64,000 nucleotides of DNA from Dendrobates tinctorius. Lineage: Eukaryota. A model generated the notes under the pieces. It was not told the DNA's origin. It saw nothing but the letters and a program-made list of their open reading frames with translations, and did no database searches. Position 1 is the stretch's first letter. The number at the start of each line of letters is the position of its first letter. Positions 49,994 through 60,043 of the stretch are shown piece after piece. The position numbers were made by a program, and so were the translations under genes. The stretch is from NCBI RefSeq assembly GCF_039654945.1, contig NW_027361695.1, positions 16,182,001-16,246,000 of the forward strand. Direction: 5' to 3'.

Positions 49994-51560
49994 CAGTCAT
50001 GGCCAAAAGTTTTGAGAATGACACAAATATTATATTTTCACATGATCTGCTGCCCTCTGGTTTTTATGTGTGTTTGTTAGATGTTTTTATCACATACAGA
50101 AATATAATTGCAACAATATTATGAGTAACAAAAGGTTATATTGACAGTTAGAATGAGTTAATGCAGCAAGTCAATATTTGCAGTGTTGACCCTTCTTCTT
50201 CAGGACCTCAGCAATTCTCCCTGGCATGCTCTCAATCAACTTCTGGATCAAATCCTGACTGATAGCAGTCCATTCTTGCAAAATCAATGCTTTTATTTTG
50301 TCTGAATTTGAAGGTTTTTGTTTGTCCACCTGTCTCTTGATGATTGACCACAAGTTCTCAATGGGATTAAGATCTGGGGAGTTTCCAGGCCATGGTCCCA
50401 AAATCTCTATGTTTTGTTCCCTGAGCCATTTAGTTATCACCTTTGCTTTATGGCAAGGTGCTCCATCATGTTGAAAAAGGCATTGTTGATCGCCAAACTG
50501 CTCTTGGACGGTTGGGAGAAGTTGCTCTTGGAGGACATTCTGGTACCATTCTTTATTCATGGCTGTGTTTTTAGGCAAGACTGAGAGAGAGCCCATTCCC
50601 TTGGCTGAGAAGCAACCCCACACATGAATGGTTTCAGGATGCTTGACAGTTGGCATGAGACAAGACTGGTGGTAGAGCTCACCTCGTCTTCTCCGAATAA
50701 GTCGTTTTCCAGATGTCCCAAACAATCGAAAAGGGGATTCATCAGAGAAAATGACTTTACCCCAGTCCTCAGCAGCCCACTCCCTGTACCTCTTGCAGAA
50801 TATCAGTCTGTCCATGATGGTTTTTCTGGAGAAAAGTGGCTTCTTTGCTGCCCTCCTTGAGACCAGGCCTTGCTCCAAGAGTCTCCGCCTCACAGTGCGT
50901 GCAGATGCACTCACACCTGCCTTCTGCCATTCCTGAGCAAGCTCTACACTGCTGGTAGCCCAATCCCGCAGCTGAAACACTTTTAAGAGACGGTCCTGGC
51001 ACTTGCTGGTCTTTCTTGGGCGCCCTGGAGCCTTTTTGGCAACAAGGGAACCTCTCTCCTTCAAGTTCTTGATGATGAGATAGATTGTTGACTGAAGTGC
51101 AATCTTTCTAGCTGCGATACTCTTCCCTGTTAGGCCATTTTTGTGCAGTGCAATGATGACTGCACGTGTTTCTTTAGAGATAACCATGGTTAACAGAAGA
51201 GAAACAATGATGCCAAGCACCAGCCTCCTTTTAAAGTGTCCATTGGTGTCATTCTTACTTAATCATGACAGATTGCTCTCCAGCCCTGTCCTCATCAACA
51301 CCCACACCTGTGTTAATGGAGCAATCACTGAAACGATGTTAGCTGGTCCTTTTAAGGCAGGGCTGCAATGATGTTGAAATGTGTTTTGGGGGATAAAGTT
51401 AATTTTCTAGGCAAATATTGACTTTGCAAGTAATTGTTGTTAAGCTGATCACTCTTTATAACATTCTGGAGTATATGCAAATTGCCATTAGAAAAAAAGA
51501 AGCAGTAGACTTTGTAAAAATTAATATTTGTGTCATTCTCAAAACTTTTGGCCATGACTG
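49994..51560 (-). mobile_element. Full-length Tc1-superfamily DD35E element (Traveler/TR-like), 1,567 bp
   Basis: Perfect TIRs of about 38 bp (CAGTCATGGCCAAAAGTTTTGAGAATGACACAAATATT) with TA on both sides. Confidence 0.95.
50171..51187 (-). CDS. Intact Tc1-like transposase, 338 aa, DD35E
   Basis: MVISKETR.. HTH region, GRPRK, IFSDES, FQHDGAPCH and WPGNSPDLNPIE; 35 residues between the second D and the E; no stops. Confidence 0.93.
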   Translation of the reverse strand: MVISKETRAVIIALHKNGLTGKSIAARKIALQSTIYLIIKNLKERGSLVAKKAPGRPRKTSKCQDRLLKVFQLRDWATSSVELAQEWQKAGVSASARTVRRRLLEQGLVSRRAAKKPLFSRKTIMDRLIFCKRYREWAAEDWGKVIFSDESPFRLFGTSGKRLIRRRRGELYHQSCLMPTVKHPETIHVWGCFSAKGMGSLSVLPKNTAMNKEWYQNVLQEQLLPTVQEQFGDQQCLFQHDGAPCHKAKVITKWLREQNIEILGPWPGNSPDLNPIENLWSIIKRQVDKQKPSNSDKIKALILQEWTAISQDLIQKLIESMPGRIAEVLKKKGQHCKY

Positions 51561-53220
51561 TAGTATATATGTAGTATGTATGTATTATGTAGTATGTATG
51601 TATGTATGTTGTATGAATGTAGTATATATGTAGTATGTATGTAGTATTTATGTATGTTGTATGAATGTAGTATATATGAAGTATGTATGTAGTATGTAGT
51701 ATGTATGTATGCTGTATGAATATATATGCAGTATGTATGTAGTATGTATGTAGTATGTATGTTTTTATTTTTTTTTTTACATTCAACACATTAGCCGGAT
51801 GATGGGACTACTACTGTCCCATCATTGGCTAATGTGTCAACCACTGTCATTGTAGCAGGCATAGCCCGATGGGACTTGTAGTACCATCGGACGATGCCTG
51901 CACACACACACAACCCCCGGCAGCCCCACACAGACCCCCGGCAGCCCGAATAGACCCCCGGCAGGTCTGCACAGACCCCCGGCAGCCCGCACAGACCCCC
52001 GGCAGGCCCGCACAGACCCCCGAGAGGCCCATACAGACCCCGCCCGCACACACAGACATGCACAGTGTCCGCCCATGCACCTCCCACACTCTTCCCCCCT
52101 CCCGAACTGGATGTGCAAGTAAAGAAAGGGGTTTTTTAATTCCAATATTTCTGTCCCATTAACTTGCATGGGTTTCCTGTATCGGAATCGGCGATACCCG
52201 ATACTTTTTGGGTATCGGTCCGATCCAATCCGATCCGATATTTCCCGATATCGGAAAGTATCGCTCAACACTAGACAGCACTCTAAGGTGTATGTCTGGA
52301 AAAACTCCTCGGCTTTTTTTTCCAGAGTCACACACAGATAGCTTCTATTTGTCCGTGATACAAGGCGGTACACGGTAGTGTGTGAGGAGCGTACACCGCT
52401 ATACGGTGTCTGTATGGAAAATTGTCAATCTCCGTCTATTTGTATAGGGACTGACACACGCTGTCTCTGTCTAGTTTTGACCGTCATCAAACAGCAGATA
52501 TACGAAACTGTTTGAAAAGCGGACAGCACTTTAAGGTGTAGATCTGGAAAAACGGAAAAACTCCTCGGCTTTTTTTTCCAGAGTCACACCCAGATAGCTT
52601 CTATTTGTCCGTGATACCAGCCGGTACGCGGTAGTGTGTGAGGAGCGTACACCGCTATACGTTGTCTGTATGGAAATTTGTCAATCTCCGTCTATTTGTA
52701 TAGGGGCTGACACGCTGTCTCTGTCTAGTTTTGACCATCATCAAACAGCAGATATACGAAATTGTTTGAAAAGCGGACAGCACTCTAAGGTGTAGATCTG
52801 GAAAAACGGAAAAACTCCTCGGCTTTTACTTCCAGAGTCACACCCAGATAGCTTCTATTTGTCCGTGATACCAGCCGGTACACGGTAGTGTGAGAGGAAC
52901 GTACATCGCTATACGGTGTGTGAAAAAATGAACGCTCAGTAACTCACCAGGACAAAATAATATAAGTTGGAGTGCTTTGAAAAAAGCAGTTTGAACAGCA
53001 GTGTGCACACAGCAATGCAGCTAGCAGGTAGCCTTAAAAGGTAGCCTAATCACCACCAGCACTGCTGCATGCAACAAAAATCCTCCCCTTTCACTGCACA
53101 CTAACTGTACAGTGAAAAGCACTATCAGCAGAAGCAGTTTTTTTTTTCTTCTACCCTGCCTAACGCTCTCCCTGTTCAGAATCAGCAGCAGCACCTCTCC
53201 CTATTCTAAGATCGTCAGAA

Positions 53221-53370
53221 GTAAGATGGCGGTCGGCAGTCATAGCCTTTTATACCCACTGTGACTCCACACAATGCCAGCCAATCATTTCAATGCCTTT
53301 CTCTAAGATGGTGGTGGCCGCTGCCCATGTCATCGCGTTGCCTACAGTGTGTGTCCACCTTCATTGGCTG
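53221..53370 (-). promoter_or_regulatory. Conserved CCAAT/TATA/YY1-like promoter of the decayed hAT
   Basis: Reverse-complement counterpart of 4831-4980 (AAGATGGCGG, TTTTATA, AGCCAATC, ATTGGCTG). Confidence 0.6.
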
Positions 53371-54289
53371 AGAAAAGGCGCTGGAAGCATTATCTGAAAC
53401 GTGACTTTGGCGCTCTGATCGGTGACCTCATGGCCGACCTCACGCTATGGTCGGGTTTCGATCGGCGAAACCGTGACTTTAGCTAAAGTTGGCTATTTTT
53501 GAATTTGACCCATATGGCTCAACTCTAGTCAACAGATATATTTTGGTGATATGGTGCAGTGGCATAATTTATTTGCTTCGGATGAAAACAATACAGTATG
53601 TTTCTACTGTAAGGATTTGTACTCAGTTAGGTGCAGTAGGAGGAAAAACAGGAGGCGTGCTTCTTTAAAAGAGTCTGTGTGGGTTTAATTGCCCCATAAA
53701 CCTCAAAGCAACAACACAAGGTAACCGGCCTTCACAGCAGGCAAAAGCAACACAAAACAGTCCTTAGCTGGGCTTTGTTCCCTCTGGCCCTGTGAGCACA
53801 CAGACTAGGGCAATGTCCAGCCCGGAGGCTCTGTCGATCCATACACACAGGAGGCCTTCTTCCTCCCAAGTTACAGACCATGTGCTAAACCACAGCCTAC
53901 ATTATGTAGGCTGTAACAGCACCCATAGGTGAGGTATGGATCACATGGGCTGGTCACATTGTCATGACCTCACTGCAGGTCCTCAAACACCTGCAGTTCC
54001 TGAAGGAAAACAGGGGTACAGTGAGCACCCTCACCCAGAGGTGTGGTAATATGGGTAGCCAGACCCTCCCATCTCTCATATCTACCCACAACCCGGACCC
54101 AGGTGCACTAAACAACATCTTTAGTGCTCATGTGCACTAAAGACAAAATACTCCGGGTTGCATCGGAGGGAGCATCCATACCTGTCCCATATACCTTCCA
54201 TTAACCACGTGACTACCAATCACACCACATATTCCCTCCCTCTGCCAAAAAATGGGGGGCTTGGCACCTTCCATTAACAGACCAGAGAC

Positions 54290-55315
54290 TCTTCTCTGTC
54301 GTCTCTGACAGTTAAACGGTCTGTCAAAGTTGGGCCCTGCTACTGAACCCTTTTGAAGGCGTCCGTCATCCGACTCTGTCACGTCCTTTGATAGGGATGC
54401 CCCCTTGTCAGACCACCCGCATCCGCAGCGGTCAGTATGTAGGCATAATTCCCTTGCACCCATACGTCTTGTCTGGACTGACTCCTTGTCATTTCGACCA
54501 CTACAGGGTCTCCCGCTTAGGTCACTCAACCCTGAGCTAACTGAGGCATCACTGCTTCTACTTCTTCCATCAGGCCACCTTCTGTTATCTCTCTGCTGTC
54601 CATTTCTCCCATGGTCTTTATTGCCTGGAGAGCAGTCCTTCCATCTCTCCCTTTGTGCTCTATTATCTCCAGTTTGAGGACTTCCAGTCTTATGCGAACC
54701 TCTTTGCCTCTCTATACCACGTGTTGAAGGCGGGCAGCCATCTTCTTCTCATTACCTGCAGCTCTCTGTTGATCTGCTCCCTCTCAAGTCTTAGCTGCTC
54801 TACTTCTTTCAGGTATGCCACACGATACTCCCAAGGCCCTCTATGGATCCGACGAGTAATGGAACCATCCCATCTTCACCCACGACCTGGGCTTTGTTAT
54901 CAGCCGGAATCCTCACTCTCATCACACCGGACCTATTCACCATCTCCTGCATTACTTTCCCAAGTCTTACAATGACTTTCCTCACCAGACCTTTGGACAC
55001 TTGAATGATGTCCTCCACAAAGCCCAGCCAACTTTGTGCTTTCCTCGCCTGCTCCAGACATCAAGCGGCTTCATTATTTCTCAACATGATCATCTGTTTT
55101 GTGCAGCGGCATTGTAGGTGCATGTCCCTCAGGATAGCCACCCGCTTCATTGTGACTTCCTTAGTCGAAAGTAGGACCAACTGCTTTGTCTCTGGTGCCC
55201 AGTTCACACTACATGCTTCTACGGCCTTTCTAAAGGCCTCATGGAAATCCTCACTGGCACACGCTTCTCGCATGTCTTCAGGTACCTCTATTATGCACTT
55301 GAAAACTGAAGTCTC
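54290..55315 (-). pseudogene. FXR1: Captured intronless FXR1/FMR1-family segment (KH0, KH2, NES helix, C-terminal tail) inside the LTR element
   Basis: FKCIIEVPEDMREACA..KRVAILRDMHL..RNNEA, FVEDIIQV..KVI..GKVMQEMVNRSGVMRVRI..EDGMVP, EYRVAYLKEVEQLRLER and QRDNRRWPDGRSRS..VTESD match recalled FXR1 blocks in order. One stop and small frameshifts are present. Confidence 0.85.
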
Positions 55316-56000
55316 ACCTTCTTGGCCAAACTGTTGGACCTCCTCTTCCTGAGCGTCAGTGCAGTTTTCCAAGACATTGATGTCCCTTGTATGGCCCTCT
55401 GTGTGGCACTTCCCCTGCTGGACTTCTTCCTCCGTGGAGGCCCCTTCTTTAGTCAGCCTCTCCAGCTCACTCTCTTTCATTGTGATCAGACAGAGAGAGC
55501 ACGACAGTTCGATTTCCCAGTCATCTGTGTGTTTCTGGAGCTGGGCATTAGCCTCCTTCTCTATCTTGAGCTCTCGGAGAACTTTATCCCGCTCCTGTGC
55601 CAGGCAGCGACGCTCATCTTCTCTCCAGAGAAGTTCCTGCTGATGCTTCGCTTGCGCCTCTCTGAGCACCTCCATATCTTTGAATAAGGCCTTGTTCATG
55701 GTTTGACACTCTGACAGGTGACCTCTGAGCTCAGAGACTTCCTTCTCCAGCTCATCCATTCTGTGCTCAACCGCTTGTCTCAAGACCCTTTCTTGCTCGA
55801 CATGCTCTTTCACTGTCTCTTTAAGCTGCTCTATCTCGTGATCCTGCTCTCTTTTGGACAGCACGTGTCACACCATCAGTTGTTTAATCAGATTTTCAGA
55901 TGGGCTCTCTTGCCCACCCATACTCTGCCTCTTCAGAGCTCCACCTGTTCCTGCATCCGCCTCTATGGTCTCAGTAACTTCAGAGAACTACAGCTCTTCA
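55316..56000 (-). pseudogene. Coiled-coil coding segment in frame with the FXR1-derived region; origin unknown
   Basis: The N-terminal part of ORF 55061..55864 is E/K/R/L/Q-rich with heptad character and shares a frame with ORFs 55988..56539 and 54809..55018. Confidence 0.55.
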
Positions 56001-56624
56001 GCATCAGGTACTCTGGAGCCTTCATGATACTGAGCCATTTCACCCTTCCCTGGCATCGCAGATGTGGGTGTCCCACAGATCTGTGTTAATTCCAGCCCAT
56101 CACCAACTACCTCTGTGCTGGGGTTTGTCAGAGATAAGGTGACCTCCTTATCAAGGACAATAGCTGGATCTGCACCTGACCCTGTCTCTCCCACATCCTT
56201 CTGCTGAGAGGGTGTAGCCTGTCCCGCCTTGCCGCGGCCCCTACGGCGAGAGGAAGATCTGCCATTTTTACTCGGCTCCACCTTACTGCACACTCTTTCC
56301 CTTGCATTCGAGTCACAGTCTGAATTGGAGTCACCCCCACTCTCCCTGTCATCCTGGAACAGCAAGTCCTCACTTAAAATGGTGTCGGACCCCTTTTCTG
56401 GAGTTACCCCGTTTCTCACGGTCCCACGTTTGGTCACTCCAGCTAAATTCCCAAGTTGGTCAGACCCACCCTTTCTTCCGGTCACCCGGAACTCTGGACT
56501 ATCTACCTTAGGTAGTGCTACCTCCTTTTTATACATCACACCACCGGAACCACTACAGCCACCTGCTGTGGTGGGGCTCCCTTAGGGTCATTCCGGCTTC
56601 CCCCTGAGCAATCAGGCACTCCCC

Positions 56625-56895
56625 TTTCTTCCCACAAATCCCAAAACCATTCAAAGTCCTGGCCTATTACTACAGGGTATGGCAAGTATGGGATTACAGG
56701 GACATCATCGCTGGAAAAAATAGTGGGCGTCTCAATGATTACCCTGGACACTGGATAATCCCTAGCAACCCCATGAACGCAGTGGACTTCCATCTTCCTT
56801 CCGGGAATCAGATAGACAAAGAGTGTGGTGCTCACCAGGGTCACCGGGCTCCCTGAGTCTAGAACTCCAGTCATGCACTCTCCATTGACTTCTAC
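56625..56895 (-). pseudogene. Retroviral-type aspartic protease domain
   Basis: VEVNG..VLDSGSPVTLV..CVHG..YP..LPYPVVIGQDF in ORF 56536..57126. Confidence 0.85.
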
Positions 56896-58722
56896 AGAAC
56901 AACTCTGTGGCAGCTTGTCAGATGGAAAGTCAGCACAACATCCTGGACATGCGTTGTTCGAACATTGAACCCGGCAACAGTCCGTCGGCGCATTCACCGC
57001 CAACCCTTTTTGGGTTACCGCCCCATTTTGGGACTCCACCCCCTTTTGGGTCACCGCCCCCTTTTGGGACTCAATCCCTTTTTGAGCCATCATCCCTCCT
57101 TGAGGTGCATGCCATGGACTCCCCATGTCCCTCTATAGGCCCTTCACCGCCTGAACAATCTACCTGCCCCAACAGTTCCTCACAGCGAGGCTCCTCACTG
57201 TTCTACTATGTCAACTCACCAGCTCCTGCAGGTGCTACAGTTACTGCTGCTGCATAACCTCTTGTTGCAACTGCTGCCGCAATTGCGGCAGAACCTCTTG
57301 CTGCAAGGCTCCACACTGGCTCTGCACTGCAAGGCTCCGCACAGCTCTACACAGCTCTGCAAACCTCCAGATGGCTCTGCGTTGAGGATGTTTACCACCT
57401 TCGTAACCCCGCCGAGTTTCCGCCAGAAGCTTTCAGTCTTCATGGCCCTGCCGAGCCACAGCAAGCTAAAGTTGGAAAAATTTCTTGGACCCGCAGATCC
57501 ACAGCAAATCTTCTTGACCCCACCAAGCCACAGCAATCACCTCCATGCATGCTTAGTGGACCGTTGCCCGCAGTCTAGCACCAACTGTAAGGATTTGTAC
57601 TCACATAGGTGCAGTAGGAGGAAATACAGGAGGCATGCTTCTTTAAAAGAGTCCAGGTGGGTTTATTTGCTCAATAAACCCCAAAGCAACAACACAATGT
57701 AACTGGTCTTCACAGCAGGCAAAAGCAACACAAAACAGTCCTTAGCTGAACTTTCTTCCCTCAGGCCCTGTGAGCACACAGGCTAGGGCAATGTCCAGCC
57801 CGGAGGCTCCATCTTGAGCCATACACACAAGAGGCCTTCTACCTCCCAAGTCACAGACCATGTGGTAATCCACAGATCCATTATGTAGGCTGTAACCACA
57901 CCCACGGGTGAGGTATTGATCACATGGGCTGGTCACATTGTCATGACCTCACTGCAGGTCCTAAAACACCTGCAGGTCCTGAAGGAAAACAGGGGTACAG
58001 TGAGCACCCTCACACAGAGGTGTGGTAATATGAGTAGCCAGACCCTACCATCTCTCATAGCTACCCAAAACCCGGACCCAGGTGCACTAAATGACATCTT
58101 TAGTGCTCATGTGCACTAGAGACAAATTACTCCAGGTTGCATAGCAGGGAGCATCCATCCCTGTCACATATACCTCCCATTAACCACGCGACCACCAGTC
58201 ACACCACACAATGAATACCTGTAATCTGAGCTTTATATAAATTCTGAATATTGTCTATTGTAAAAGTTTTCCCAGTAACTGCGTTGCAAAAAAAAAAAAA
58301 GCTCACACTCACGTATGGTCACGGTAAAAGACATCTTAAAACTTCTGTAACTTTATTTACTGTAATTCACTGACTGTTTCCACTGGTTTGGATCGAGACA
58401 ATGGCAGTTATGTGTCACATTTTGTTACAGTCTTGGTGACCAAAGTAATGAGACCATCAATCACTCACCCTTCCAGGGTGAGTAAAAATGTAAGCAATTT
58501 GTATAATAGTCATAAGGAGAATCCGCCAGAGTTTCAGCACAACAGAGCAGAATGCTCACAAAATAATCTTTTACAGGCAAGACCCATAGAAAGGCAAAAC
58601 ACAGAATGAAGATTCAAGCTTGTAAAAAAAGGGTTTATTGCTGCTGGAAAAAAGGAACAGGAGGAAAGGCAAACTTGTCAAAGTGATACAAATAGATAAA
58701 TCATGAATAATGATTATACAAA

Positions 58723-60043
58723 GAGAGATGAGTGGATTGATCCACGGTGGATCGAGTACAAGTCGAATTTCCTGAAACTTCTTGCTGCACGTGAATTTGA
58801 AAATTTTGAGTTTTGATTAGAGGTTCACAAAAAAAAACATTGCACATCACCTTCTCTCACAGTGCTGAAGTAACAGATATTGGGCTAATGTTATTTTGTG
58901 TTGCTGTTCTGGCCTCCCCATAATGCCCAGCAGCTGTGACATCTTACAGATTATCACAACTTGTACAGTGGTGGTCAGTATTGCGGCTATGACAGATCAA
59001 TGGTTTCCAGTGGTGCACATTTGTATGGCAGAGTCATTTTCCATCTTCCGAGTTACTGCGTGTCTCTGTCTCCTGTAGAATGTAGGCTCTTATGGTCAAC
59101 TGGGTCCTCTCTTTCTCTTCTGTAGAGTGTAAGCTCTTATGGTCAGCGGAGTCTTCCCTCCATCCCGCTCTCTCCCTCCTGTAGAGTGTAAGCTCTTAAG
59201 GTCAGCGGAGTCTTCCCTCCATCCTTCTCTCTCTCTCCTATAGAGAGTAAGCTCTTATGGTCAGCATGGTCCTCCCTCCCTCTCCTTTAGAGTGATAACT
59301 CTTATGGTCAGTGGGGTCCTCTCTCTCTCCATTATAGTGTAAGCTCTTATGGTCAGCAGGGTCCTCCCTTCATCCCTCACTCTCTCTCTGTCTCCTGTAG
59401 AGTGTAACCTCTTATGGTCAACAGGTTCTTCCCTCCATCCCTCCCTCTCTCTCTGTCTCCTGTAGAGTGTAAACTCTTATGGTCATCAGGGTCCTCCCTC
59501 CATCCCTCCCTCTCTCTCTCTCTGTCTTCTGTAGAGTGTAAGCTCTTATGGTCAACTGGGTCCTCTCTTTCTCTTCCGCAGAATGTAAGCTCTTATGGTC
59601 AGCGGAGTCTTCCCTCCATCCCGTTCTCTCCCTCCTGTAGAGTGTAAGCTCTTAAGGTCAGCGGAGTCCTCCCTTCATCCCTCCCTCTCTCTGTCTCCTG
59701 TAGAGTGTAAGCCCTTATGGTCAACGGCGTCCTCCCTCCATCCCTTCCTTTCTCTCTGTCTCCTGTAGAGTGTAAACTCTTATGGTCAGCAGGGTCCTCC
59801 CTCCATCCCTCCCTCTCTCTCTCTGTCTTCTGTAGAGTGTAAGCTCTTACGGTCAGCAGGGTCCTCCCTCCCTCTCTCTCCTATAAAGTGTAAGTCTTTA
59901 TGTTCAGCAGGGTTATCTCTCACTCTCGTCTTTGCCACGTTTATTTTCCGAGGCATTAGAAGCTTTCCAGTATTAAGAATCATACAAATTATTTGCTACA
60001 AGTCAAATTTTTGCAGAAACTTCCGTGGATCCGCTCATCTCTA
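58723..60043. mobile_element. Old hAT MITE containing a minisatellite
   Basis: Ends GAGAGATGAGTGGAT / ATCCGCTCATCTCTA; no TSD retained. Confidence 0.5.
59066..59920 (+). repeat. Minisatellite of about 45-65-bp units derived from an L2 3'-UTR motif
   Basis: Roughly 15 copies of TGTAGAGTGTAAGCTCTTATGGTCAGCAGGGTCCTC followed by a variable CT-rich tract. Confidence 0.85.

Larger units (their letters stand above)
49346..52273. mobile_element. Non-autonomous hAT element nested in the array
   Basis: TIRs TAGTGTTGAGC / GCTCAACACTA; perfect 8-bp TSD GACAGCAC at 49338-49345 and 52274-52281; inverted GC-rich minisatellite arms and a central TAGTA/TGTA microsatellite. Confidence 0.92.
48680..52920. repeat. 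Upstream tandem array of the decayed hAT (about 250-bp dimers of about 125-bp subunits), split by a nested MITE
   Basis: AGGAGCGTACACCGCTATACGG or a close variant recurs at 49201, 52385, 52641 and 52895; more degenerate monomers lie near the start codon. Confidence 0.85.
39852..53527 (-). mobile_element. Decayed hAT transposon related to 4672-16333, with multiple nested insertions
   Basis: Perfect 8-bp TSD GTCAACAG at 39844-39851 and 53528-53535; ends TTGAGATGAGCGAC / GGCTCAACTCTA; subterminal regions, promoter and transposase are homologous to the first element. Confidence 0.93.
53608..58208 (-). mobile_element. Non-autonomous LTR retrotransposon (Gypsy, Gmr1-like protease), 4.6 kb
   Basis: Direct repeats 53608-54229 and 57586-58208 (TGTAAGG...ACCACA). 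Minus-strand PBS TGGTGCTAGACTGCGGGC at 57566-57583 and PPT GGCAGAGGGAGGGAAT at about 54231-54246. No RT/RNaseH/integrase motifs; TSD not intact. Confidence 0.92.

Noticed and set aside
4672-53527. Composite macro-transposon bounded by the two hAT copies
   Set aside because: Each element has its own distinct TSD and they are clearly diverged, indicating independent insertions.
54290-55315. Genuine host FXR1 locus or an independent processed pseudogene
   Set aside because: It is intronless, diverged and internally deleted, has no poly(A) tail or TSD of its own, and is in frame with element sequence between paired LTRs.
53604-58212. Target-site duplication for the LTR element
   Set aside because: Flanks read CTAC and CAAT, which do not match, so no TSD is claimed. 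It may be mutated or the copy may be recombinant.
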